Shown here: positions 32,011 through 42,193 of the stretch, piece after piece | Numbering within the stretch: position 1 is the stretch's first letter | Layout: the number at the start of each line of letters is the position of its first letter | Origin: an uncultured Armatimonadetes bacterium | Lineage (GTDB): Bacteria > Armatimonadota > UBA5829 > DTJY01 | Reading direction: 5' to 3' | DNA: 64,000 nucleotides | Assembly (NCBI GenBank): GCA_963717145.1 | Contig: OY970325.1 | Location: 2,240,001 to 2,304,000 of the forward strand | Position numbers and translations under genes: made by a program | The notes under the pieces: model-generated | Told to the model about the DNA's origin: nothing | Databases searched by the model: none | The model's input: only the letters and a program-made list of their open reading frames with translations

Positions 32011-35000
32011 CTACATAGGATCTGTGGTGTAGCCGGGATTGACTGTCAATACAGCGTCAGGTCCGCCCGCTATCTTGGCACTATCGATATAGACAATCCG
32101 GTCTGTGCCGGGTGAGTTGGCAACGACTTTCACGAAGACGGTTATCTGAGACGCCTGTGCCTGCGCATAGGCAACCTGCTGAGTCCACTGGTCGACGGTT
32201 CCCTCGACTGAAGATGACCAGATCACGCTGGCGCTCATCGGATCGAAGCCACCGGTCGGGTCTATCCCGACCTGAGTACCCTCGCCGGCCGGCCAAGCTC
32301 CCAGCCGCTTCGTCCACGCGGAGAAGGAATATCGCTCGCCGGGGACAACCGCCACCGGCTGGTAGACTCCGCTGAAGAACAAGCCTGGGTTCGGTCCGAT
32401 CGGAGCGATCTTCTGGGACGCACTGTCGGAGAGTCCGGGCGTGCCAAGTGAGAAATACGCAGAGCCGCTGACGGTGAACGGGAACCAGTTCTCGCCGGCG
32501 GAGCCGAGGCAATTGGGAGCATCTGCCGTTGAGGTAAACGAGCCCAGGAATGACGCGTTAAGGATCTGTGCATTGGAAGGCCCCGCGACTTTGACTCTGA
32601 TCCACTGGGCTTCCCACGGCCGCATCACAGCGGTGCTGATGGGCGCGGTCGTGTAGGTCTGTCTGACCGCATCGTAGCTGTAGATATAGTTGGCAACCCA
32701 TCCCTGTTCGACGGCTTCCTGAGCGGTGAGCCGAAGGCCACCGAAATCGAATATGGCGCTCTGCCACGGAGTGGGCGATACATACGGGCACCCCACCATG
32801 TTCCACCCGAAGTAGAGTCCTATGGCATAAGGAGCGCTTCCCACCTCAGAGGCGAAAGACGGATCGAGACCGGGCACTGACAGGCCATTGCTGCGAACCT
32901 TGAGCCAATAGCCGAGACCCGCCGGGGGTGTCGCCACGGCGAGGTCACTCGGATGCACGAGCACGTTGCCGATCACGCTCGCCGGCTGGAATGTCGCTTC
33001 GTTATCCATGCGACCGCCGGCGGAGTATGCTGCATAGCTGGCGGTATCGCTGTCGGCGTATGCATAGCGCCAGAGCTGAGCCGACGATCCGATCACAGTT
33101 TCCGGACTGATGCTGCTATCGAGTATGTACGGCACTGAGAACATATGCCATCCCGCGTTCAGTGCATTCGCTCGAACGACGAAGTTGGTGGTGTCCGTTC
33201 CGGTCGGGATGATAGGAGGAGGCGTTACGAACTCATAGTCGCTGACGGCCGTCACGACAAGCGAATGTGAACCTGTGGCGACCGGATAGTCGAAGAGCAA
33301 GTATGTCTTGCCGGCAGCGGCGTCGAGTGTGTAGTAGAACTTGTCCCAATCCGATATAGCCCCGCCTGAGCCGCCTATGATGAGCTGTCCGTCGATGCGT
33401 ACTTCGATAGTCTGCTTATTCGCATGTCGGAAGTCGATCCGGAATCTGGGCCGGGAATTCGTGACGATGCTCGATTTGGCCGGCGTCTGGATCTTTACCT
33501 CAATCGACGCCTTTTCCAGGGCTTTGCGGAGGTTCACCATGCCCCGGCCATAGGTGTCGTTCGGTCGGCCGAAACCGATCGGAGTGGCTGTGCTATAGAG
33601 AATATCCTTGATATCGCCGGACGGGACACCATGCGAGAAAAGCAGTGCCACGGCACCTGTTACAACCGGCGCTGAGAACGAGGTGCCGCTCTGGAACTCG
33701 GCGATGTAGTTGCCATACGCGTCCGGGAACGTATTGCTGATAGCCTGGATACCGATCCCTGACGAGAGAGAGCCCGGAGGACCGATGGGAGGAGGCTGAG
33801 GACCACCGCCCGGGTCGCCGCTCGGCGGTTCGCTTGCGGCCAGCGCCCTGCTCCAGGCAGTGCTGACTATGTCCTCACCGGGTGCGACGAGGTCCAGCGC
33901 GCGACCACGCTGAGAAAACGTGCTCACGATGTCGTGGGAATCCGTGCAGCCAACCGATATGACGTCCTCCATTGCTGCCGGATAGCCCACCGGATAGGCG
34001 CCTTGTTCCCAACTATTCCCGGAAGCCGCCACGATAATGATCCCGGACTCCACTACGCGCCGTATCTGCGTCACCAAGAAGGGCGACCAGGGGGACTGAC
34101 CACCGAGGCTCATGTTGACGACGTTCACCCGCAGCGGCTCTCCTGTCTTGGAGGAAACCTCGGTGTCCCTGTATCGGATCACATATTCGAGAGCCTCGTG
34201 CAGGGCATCCTCATAGAAGAGAGCATCAAGGTCGCTGGCCGCTTTGACGGGCAGTATGCGCACGCCCTCCCAGCAGATGCCCGCTATTCCTATATTGTTG
34301 TCAGTCTCCGCAGCTATGATACCGGCGCACATCGTTCCGTGCATCCAACCGCCCAAGCCGACATCGGTCTCGGGGGGAGAAGGATCCATATCCCACTGAG
34401 CGGTGTCCGGTGGAATCAAGCCGTTGGGACCGATGACGTTCGCAGGGCTCAGGATCAGCCTGTTCACCAGATCGGGATGCGGCGTGCGAACCAGCAAGGG
34501 GCCATCCGAGACCGAGCGCGTCCGGATGCCGGTATCGATGACGGCTACTATGACGTCGCTGCTTCCCTTCTGCAGTTCCCATGCTTCAGGGGCATGTATA
34601 TGCTGTTTCGTGGCATCGAGGGGATCCGGCTGAAGCGGCCACTGTCCGTGCAGAAGACCCTCCAGGTCGTAGGAGGCGGGATAGTGCTCATCGTTCGGCG
34701 TTGGGGAGAGCAGAGGCCAATACACGTGATTCGGCCGGACATCCGATACGACTGGGTACTTCTTCAGTATTCCCGCCTTGCCATCCATGAATGTCTTCGC
34801 CGGCGCCCGGATCCCGGCAGGTCGAGAACGTAGGTGTTCGTGCCGCTGAGCCGGCGCGCCGCACGGCTGCCGTATGCAGCGTTGAGGGCTGCGAGATCGA
34901 CTTCCGTATGACCCGCTTTCAGGGTGATGAGTACCTGATTGGCTGCATAACTCGGTTGGCTCGCGGACGGATATGGCCGCCGCACGAACGTATCCGCACC

Positions 35001-35090
35001 CCAGGAATTAGCTGCAAGCAGGCACACTGCAACTGCCAGCACCACTACAACTCGTCCGTGACTCATGAACTCCTTCAGCTTTCTGATCAT
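32011..35090 (-). CDS. Secreted S8 subtilisin-like serine protease with C-terminal modules, frameshift near 34808
   Basis: Triad VAVIDTG, HGTMCAG, SGTSFSAP; signal peptide and propeptide in ORF 34764-35102. Confidence 0.9.
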
Positions 35091-35125
35091 TGTGTTCCCC
35101 ACTTTCCTTGCACCAGCTTACAGGA

Positions 35126-37012
35126 TCAGAGATTCGGGGGTCCTGGAGGCCCACCGCCGGTATCCGGAGGGGGGTTGTTGCCGCCACCCGGATTCGTTCC
35201 CGGAGGAGCATCTACGGTGAACTCGCCCCATGCGTCGCTGTAGATGAACCTGGTGTTCTTCGGTCCGCTGGCAGCGGCGGAAGCCTTGTTGCCGTCCTTT
35301 ATCGCAGGCACCGGACCTGGGCTGTCGCCCATCTTCTTCGCGCCAACTCTCCAATACAGAGTCTGGCCGGCCTGTACGCCCGCGAACTCCGCAGCGTTGG
35401 CGAGCTCGTTGGTCACCGCAAGCTGGAACGGACCCGCGATCTTTCGGATGTCCGGGCTGCACCAGGTCTTGCTGCGCTCGAAACCTACCGAGGTGGACAC
35501 CTCTAGCCTGTACGTATCAGCACCTACAGATGCACCCCACTCGAACAATATGTTGGTGAGAGGCAGATCCGTCGCCTGATCGGGCGAGATGCACGTCGGT
35601 CGCGTGACGTATGTCGCCATCCCGGCAAACACAGGAGTGGTCTCCCAGTAGGTGAAGGTTGCCGTGGCCGGGCTCAGCCGTCGGTAAAGGGCCGAGACCC
35701 AGAACTTATGAGTCCTCCCTACGGTGATTCCATTCGAAGTTGGTATGGTCAGGGCCTGCAATGCATGATCCGAGTCCGGGAAGGAGTAGCTGAGATCCGC
35801 GGTATCTGATGTGTCTATGCTCTGTGAGTGGTCGAAACTCCCGACCGCATTCGAGAGCGGAGGAGCGAAGTCTCGCCCGACGGCCAGCACAGGGCCGACA
35901 TTGCTGTAGTTGTCCATCCAGACGTGGTATTCAATTACGTTGTCAAATCCGATATTGGGCGGGGTATTCCACTCTACCATGACGCCCCCATCATCCTCGG
36001 GAGGGTTCACGTCCGGGGATGCGCCGGCCATCGCGACGGCTCCAGGCACTGACTCGCTCTTGCTCCCTCCCTGGCCGGAGAGTGCGAAAATGCCCACGAG
36101 AATCGCAAGTCCCCACGCCAGACTGCTTCCCTTGACTATGCTCTTCCTCGGTGACTTCTTGGGCGGAGAAACGCGATTCGAATCGCCGTAGTCCGCCATT
36201 TTGTAAACGGCGCGGACTCGGTCTTCCGGCTTCACGCCTCGGGGAGCTCTTACGATGGACGCGCTGGCATCATTCGCGGATGCTTTCGTTACACGGATCT
36301 TGCCGACGACCTCCTGCTTACCGCCATCTATGTAGCGCAGGACGATCATCTCCAGACCTGCCTCGAGGCCTTCCTGGGATCCCTTGTTGAGGAGGACTTC
36401 GGTCGTGCCGACGCAGTTGAGAACCGTGGCTTCGGGGATGATGTAGGAGACCATCGTCTCGACGGCATTTCGAGCGGCGTCCTGGATTGCCTGGACGACC
36501 ATCTTGTCTTCATCAGCCGTGTAGCCGATGTGCGGCTGGCTGACTCCGCTCGCGAAGGCCCCATTCACCAGTTCGCCGGATGCAACATCGAGCATCTTGA
36601 CGGCGACGCGAGCCTCGGCGGTCTTCTTGTCTTTGTCTATCTTGACGGACAGGAGTTCTCCGCTTACGACTGATGAGACTTCCGACTCCTGGCCAAGTCG
36701 GATCATCGCCGCCTGGTTCATATTCGAGTCGTAATCGAGCTGCTTCATCTTCGCTTCCAGCGAATCGCTCGGAATCACACCGAACTTGCCGGAGCGAATC
36801 AGCTCCAGAACAACGGCGTCCGTGGCCATTCTGCCGAACATCTGCCCGGCCATCTTGCTGGAATTGTGGAAGTCGATCACGGCGACCTGTGAGATGCCCT
36901 GGGCTCTCACCGACGGCGTGATTATCGCTGTAGTGCATAGTGTCAGCACGACAGAGAAGATACATAGAAGGCTGATCGGCCAACGTGTTGCATAACTTCT
37001 GAAGGGTCTCAC
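35126..37012 (-). CDS. CsgG/FlgT-like protein with internal hydrophobic helix, beta-rich domains and Gly/Pro tail
   Basis: VAVIDFHN, MLDVASGELV, VLLNKGSQEGL..G (FlgT C-terminal-like); AGGAGG RBS. Confidence 0.7.
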   Translation of the reverse strand: MRPFRSYATRWPISLLCIFSVVLTLCTTAIITPSVRAQGISQVAVIDFHNSSKMAGQMFGRMATDAVVLELIRSGKFGVIPSDSLEAKMKQLDYDSNMNQAAMIRLGQESEVSSVVSGELLSVKIDKDKKTAEARVAVKMLDVASGELVNGAFASGVSQPHIGYTADEDKMVVQAIQDAARNAVETMVSYIIPEATVLNCVGTTEVLLNKGSQEGLEAGLEMIVLRYIDGGKQEVVGKIRVTKASANDASASIVRAPRGVKPEDRVRAVYKMADYGDSNRVSPPKKSPRKSIVKGSSLAWGLAILVGIFALSGQGGSKSESVPGAVAMAGASPDVNPPEDDGGVMVEWNTPPNIGFDNVIEYHVWMDNYSNVGPVLAVGRDFAPPLSNAVGSFDHSQSIDTSDTADLSYSFPDSDHALQALTIPTSNGITVGRTHKFWVSALYRRLSPATATFTYWETTPVFAGMATYVTRPTCISPDQATDLPLTNILFEWGASVGADTYRLEVSTSVGFERSKTWCSPDIRKIAGPFQLAVTNELANAAEFAGVQAGQTLYWRVGAKKMGDSPGPVPAIKDGNKASAAASGPKNTRFIYSDAWGEFTVDAPPGTNPGGGNNPPPDTGGGPPGPPNL

Positions 37013-37350
37013 AGGAATATGTCCTCCTAGACGAATTGGCCCGGCCCACTTGCCGGTGCTATCTCAACGGGATTCCATTCTCATCGGTGACGAAACAGGA
37101 ATTGCCTGAGGGGTCAGGGCGACACGGACCGATTCAAAATGCGGATTCCAAGCGGGGTACTGATTCGTATCCGTTATAAGTGCTTTCGTGCCGCCGGTCT
37201 TTCCGGCTGATCGATCTCTGGAATGCGACATATGAATAACCATGACGTACTGCCCGCGCAGCAGAGTCACGCTTTCAACCCCTATTAGCTGTGGGCAATA
37301 CCCACAAGTCAGCCCCGGATCCACGAGCGATTGGGGCGCTAACAGGCCCA

Positions 37351-37379
37351 AGTATAGCACAGCTAACATCGCAGTGCAA
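37351..37379 (-). promoter_or_regulatory. Sigma70 promoter of the surface-protein operon
   Basis: TTGCAC-17-TATACT (TG extended) overlapping the coaE end, ~335 nt before the first start codon. Confidence 0.65.
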
Positions 37380-38052
37380 GTGATTCTTGGATGTCCGACC
37401 AGAGTCTCTCTACCCGCCTTTTTGTTGTGCGCAATGTCCCCTCGGTGCTGATAACCCAGTCGGCGTGCTTTGCCTTTTCCTCCATCGGTAACTGCGCTCT
37501 CATGCGCAGAAGTGCATCGCGCCAACTTATGTTGTACCGTCTTTGTAGACGGTCTATCTGAGCGTCTTGTTCCGCCGAGGCCAGCAAAACTTTATCGACC
37601 AGGCTCGTGGCGCCCACCTCGATAAGCAGTGGAATCTCGACGACCAGTACGCCTGAGCCCTCGCGGCGGAAGACATCGATCTGCCGGGAGATCTCCGCCA
37701 TGACGCGAGGATGAACGATCTCCTCCAGCCGGTTGCGCTTCGAGGCATCCCGAAAGACGACTTCCCCGAGCTTTCCGCGGTCTATTTCCCCGTCCACCAG
37801 GATGTCCGGGCCGAAATCCTCTACGACCAGGCGAGAGACATCCGACCCCGGTCTGAGCAATTCGTGCACGATCTCGTCGGCGCTGACACGCTCTGCGCCA
37901 AGATCCTCGAACATGCGGGCAACCGTGGTCTTGCCGGTTGCCACACCGCCCGTGATCCCCACGACAAATGGTTTGGGGCAATAAGAAGAGCCAGTCCGCT
38001 CAGGCTGCTGCCCGCGGACTGGCTCTTGATTCTCGTTGTGATTCACGTTCAT
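37363..38052 (-). CDS. coaE: Dephospho-CoA kinase
   Basis: VVGITGGVATGKTT, IDRGKLG..VF, LEEIVHP, EIPLLIE; start approximate. Confidence 0.95.
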   Translation of the reverse strand: MNVNHNENQEPVRGQQPERTGSSYCPKPFVVGITGGVATGKTTVARMFEDLGAERVSADEIVHELLRPGSDVSRLVVEDFGPDILVDGEIDRGKLGEVVFRDASKRNRLEEIVHPRVMAEISRQIDVFRREGSGVLVVEIPLLIEVGATSLVDKVLLASAEQDAQIDRLQRRYNISWRDALLRMRAQLPMEEKAKHADWVISTEGTLRTTKRRVERLWSDIQESLALRC

Positions 38053-38110
38053 GGCATTCGCCGTGCCCAGGTTGCGATCGTCTGCGGGGCCGAGGGCAGA
38101 GCCATGGCCT

Positions 38111-39960
38111 CTACTCGGCCTCGACTTCCTCGGCCTTGGCTTCGGGCTCGACCTCCTCGGCTTCGGCGACGGGAGCTTCCACTTCCTCCGCCTCGGCGAC
38201 CGGAGCTTCCGCTTCAGCGGTTTCCTCGATCGCGGGAGCCTCGACCTCCGCTGTCTCATCGACGGCGGGAGTCTCCGGTTCGAGCATGTCCTCCGCGAGG
38301 TCATCATCAGCGTCGGAATCCGACTCGACCGGCGCACGCGGCGCTCTCTTGCGGGCGGGCTTCTCAGCCTTCTGAGCCTCACGATCGGCCATGCCGGCCT
38401 GCAGTTCCATCAACTGCGAGCCGACCAGGTCGCCGAGAGTCATGCGTCCGCCGCCCTCAGATGAGGATTGCCTCGATGGCTGCCGGTAGCTATTATCGTA
38501 CTCCTCGCGTTCCTTATCTTCCCTGATCTGGCGGATGCTCAGCGTCATTCTGCGCTCTTCAGGCTTGATATCCACAATCTTGGCCTGAAGCGTCTCGCCT
38601 ATGGAGACGACATCCTCCGGACGGTTTACCCGGCGGCGACTCAACTCGGAGTTCGGTATGATCGCCTCGATGCCACCCTCGAGTGCTACGAATGCGCCGA
38701 ATGGGACGAGCCTCGAGATCGTGACTTCGATTGTCTCGCCGACATTATACTTGGACGACAGGTGCGCCCAAGGATCCGGCAGGATTTGCCGCATGCCGAG
38801 AGATACCCTGCCCTGCTCCAAGTTCAGCTTGAGGACGACGACCTGTATCTTCTGGCCGACTTTGACGACTTCGGCCGGATTGCTGATCCTCGTCCAGGAC
38901 ATCTCACTGATGTGGAGCAGGCCGTCGATGCCGCCGAGATCCACAAATGCGCCGTAGTCCGTGATTCTCCGGACGACGCCATCACGTACCTGGCCCTCGG
39001 CGAGCGAGGCGACGGTGGTTACGCGCTTCTTCTCGCGCTCTTCCTCGGTCGCAAGCCGGTGCGACAAGACGACCTTCCGACGCTCGCGGTCAACCTCGAT
39101 GACCTTCAGCGGCAAAGACTGTCCGATGTACTTCTCGAGGTTCTTCACTTTTCCGCTGCCGACATGCGATGCCGGTACAAAACCTCGGATGCCGAGATCT
39201 ACCACCAGGCCACCCTTGACGCGATCCGTCACCATGGCCATGATGACCTTCTTCTCTTCCATGGTGGCTTGCACGCGCTCCCAGGCCTTCTCGAAATCGG
39301 CGCGCTTCTTCGAGAGTATCAGATTGCCGTCCTGGTTTTCCGTCTCCATTACGTAGACGCTGATCTTCTCGCCTACCGAGACGACATCTTCTGCCGACTG
39401 ATAGGGGCCGGTGGACAACTCGTGGGGGCGTATGATCCCTTCCGACTTGGTGCCGACATCTACGAGCACGCCTTCCTTATCTATATGAACGACTACTCCC
39501 GGAACCACATCGCCTTCCGTCAGTTCACGGAAGGTGCCGGAGTAGTCCATTTCCGATTCTCCTCGGGGCTTTTGAATTGGCGGCTTAGGTTTTGTCGCCG
39601 GCACGACTTCTGCCGGAGCTTCGACTGCCGGAGCCTCGGCCTCTATGGGAGGCTCGGCGACCGCCTCAGGCTCGGCGCCAAGGTGGTGGCTTCCATTTCA
39701 TTCTCCACCGCCTCGACCGCCTCCATCTCGGGTACGGTCTCCTCAGCCTCGGCCGATTCCATCTCGACCTCAACAGCGGTCTCCTCGGATGCGATCACCT
39801 CCGGCTCGGCCGATTCCGCCTCGACTTCGGCGGCGATAGCTACCGGAGCGGTCTCTACCGTCTCGATTGCCTCAGTTGGCTCTGTGGAAGTCGTGTCTTC
39901 CTGTTCTGTTGCTGACTCGATTTTTGTGGCTTCGAGTTCCATCTCGTCGGACATTGTCAT
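38111..39960 (-). CDS. rpsA: 30S ribosomal protein S1 (four S1 domains, acidic extensions), frameshift near 39678
   Basis: LVDVGTKSEG, VKGGLVVDLGIRGFVPASH, YGAFVDLGGIDGLLHISE, PFGAFV; AGGAG RBS before ATG 39960. Confidence 0.93.
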
Positions 39961-40196
39961 ATCTCCTCTCTTTATCAGGCGTGGAATCGGTAACCGCCTG
40001 ACTCTCGGGCAGCACTGCTTGCCCGGTCCTGGATTTCGGGACATCCGCACGGCGCATGTCCTCTGGCTGCAACCCGCTTGTGGCAAGGTCGCCAACTTGC
40101 ACGGTCTCGAATGACCGGTATGGCGTCATATGGCGCCGGAGCACATTATAGCACAACACCCTTGATTGTGCCAATACTCCGAAAACGCCCCGCTGT

Positions 40197-40484
40197 TCAG
40201 TGTGAATCTTCCCCCTTGCGCGCCCGACAGCCGAAGTACAGTTCTATACCCCTTCCCGTGATCATCGACCCCGTGAGGGCCATGATGAAGAGCAGACCGA
40301 CTCGCGCGAGCATGAGCAGGGCCACGCTGCCGAGACCGCCGAGAGAGAGCGTGAGCGTAGACGTGCCCCAGATACGCTCCGCCGGGCCCATGAAGAGCCA
40401 CAAGGATGTCGCAAATACGAACAGGAGGATCAGGATGCCAAGCGCGAATACGATCAACCCCAAGGTACGGGTACTTCGATCCAT
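40197..40484 (-). CDS. Small membrane protein (two TM helices)
   Basis: GAAGGAAG RBS; two hydrophobic stretches. Confidence 0.7.
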   Translation of the reverse strand: MDRSTRTLGLIVFALGILILLFVFATSLWLFMGPAERIWGTSTLTLSLGGLGSVALLMLARVGLLFIMALTGSMITGRGIELYFGCRARKGEDSH

Positions 40485-40557
40485 CTATGGTACTTCCTTC
40501 CGGTTTTCCTCAGCATATCACGGACATCGCCGCTTTCGCAATCATGCAGGAACCTCC

Positions 40558-40732
40558 GGGTGCATTTCTGCAGAGTGAGTCAGCCTCTCGTTATGCCACC
40601 AGAGTGGCTACTCGAGGAGAACGGTTGGGTAGCTTGCCAAGCTTCCCAAGCCCAAACCCGTCTAGTCGCGAGTAGGTTTCTCTGGAAACCATATCGAGAG
40701 ACGGTCGCCACCCACTCAACTCGAATGCACCC
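40558..40732. mobile_element. ~175-bp MITE-like element, copy 2, with 9-bp target duplication
   Basis: Terminal IR GGGTGCATT/AATGCACCC flanked by direct repeat GGAACCTCC (40549-40557, 40733-40741). Confidence 0.85.
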
Positions 40733-40794
40733 GGAACCTCCGGCCGAAATCAGCGTCCTATGGTATGTCGCGATGCATCCGAGAAAGAAAGGGT

Positions 40795-41341
40795 ATGAAC
40801 GTAACAATGAAGCGAACAAAGCTCGTGGTACTGGGCCTGACATCCGTCGTCGCACTTGCGGTGGCGATCACCGGTCTCCAGGCCAATCTCAGTAAGGGAG
40901 ACAAAGCTTCCGACTTCAAGCTCTCGAAGTTGGACGGAAAAGAAGTAAAGCTCAGCGACCTCCAGAAGGATCCGAAGAGGAAGGATGCCAAGCGGGTGGT
41001 CGTGCTCGATTTCTGGGCAACGTGGTGTCCCCCATGCAGGGAAGAGACCCCGCATCTTCAGAGGCTTCATAAGAAGTATGGCGAGAAGGGGCTCATCATC
41101 ATCGGAGTGTCCCAGGACTCCGATGGCGCCAAGTCAGTGAAGCCTTTTGCAGATAAGAACAAGCTGACTTACCTGCAACTGGTCGATCCGAAGCATGAGG
41201 TCGCCCGCAAATACAGGGTCGGGACCGATTCCGACGACTTACGTCATCGATCGCAAGGGCGTGATTCGAAGCGTGCAGCTCGGATTTGCCCCAGGCATGG
41301 AAAAGAACCTGGAGGAAGAGATCAAGGCTCTGCTTAAGTAA
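40795..41341 (+). CDS. TlpA/ResA-like thiol-disulfide oxidoreductase, frameshift near 41224
   Basis: LDFWATWCPPCREE; shifted frame gives PIPTTYVIDRKGVIR..IKALLK-stop. Confidence 0.88.
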
Positions 41342-41365
41342 GCATCAGACGAGGTATCGGGAGAA

Positions 41366-42085
41366 GTGCTTATGACTGTATCGTTTGCCATGGCGTTTAT
41401 CGGTGGGTTTCTCTCCTTCATATCGCCATGCGTGCTGCCACTGGTGCCGGCGTACATATCCTACATGTCGGGGGTATCCGTTGAAGAGCTGGCAACCAGC
41501 ACACGCAGAGAATCCGCCTACCGGGCAGGTTTTCGGTCGGTGTTCTTCGTGATGGGCTTCTCACTGGTGTTCATTGTCATGGGAGCCTCTGCAACTTCGC
41601 TGAGCCAGGCACTGGCAACCTATCGTCCGATACTCATGCGAGTCGCCGGCGCAGTGATAGTAATATTCGGCCTGCACATGCTCGGCGTGTTCAGGATCAG
41701 GGCTCTCTATGCCGAAAAACGGTTCCACGTGCGACTGAAGAGTGTGGGATACCTCGGCGCCTTTCTTCTGGGGCTTGTGTTCGCCCTCGGTTGGACACCC
41801 TGTGTGGGGCTCTACCTGGGACCCATTCTCGGGTTGGCGGCAAACACTGATACGCTTGCCAAAGGGATCGCTCTGCTGGCCGTCTACTCTCTCGGACTCG
41901 GAGTGCCGTTCGTCCTTACCGGCTTCATGACCAGCCGGGCAATCGGTGCTATGAACCGCATCAAGCCTCACTTCAGGAAGATCGAGATCGCGAGTGGCGT
42001 GCTGCTGATCGTTGTCGGCGTCCTCGTATTCATCGGCAGACTTCAGGAGCTATCGGGTTACATTCCAAGCTTCCTGCCCTCGTAG
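41366..42085 (+). CDS. ccdA: Cytochrome c biogenesis protein CcdA
   Basis: SFISPCVLPLVPAY, GWTPCVG, YSLGLGVPF. Confidence 0.92.
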   Translation: MLMTVSFAMAFIGGFLSFISPCVLPLVPAYISYMSGVSVEELATSTRRESAYRAGFRSVFFVMGFSLVFIVMGASATSLSQALATYRPILMRVAGAVIVIFGLHMLGVFRIRALYAEKRFHVRLKSVGYLGAFLLGLVFALGWTPCVGLYLGPILGLAANTDTLAKGIALLAVYSLGLGVPFVLTGFMTSRAIGAMNRIKPHFRKIEIASGVLLIVVGVLVFIGRLQELSGYIPSFLPS

Positions 42086-42193
42086 CACACGCCGGAGACA
42101 ATGAAAAGAGGTAGGGGACGAATCCCCTACCTCTTTCCGCACAATCCGTTCAGACTGATTGCACAACTGACTCGGTACTCAGCCCGAGTGGGA

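Noticed and set aside
24400-34810. Programmed frameshifting or phase variation in the surface operon
   Set aside because: No slippery heptamers or long homopolymer tracts; identical indels occur in unrelated genes including rpsA
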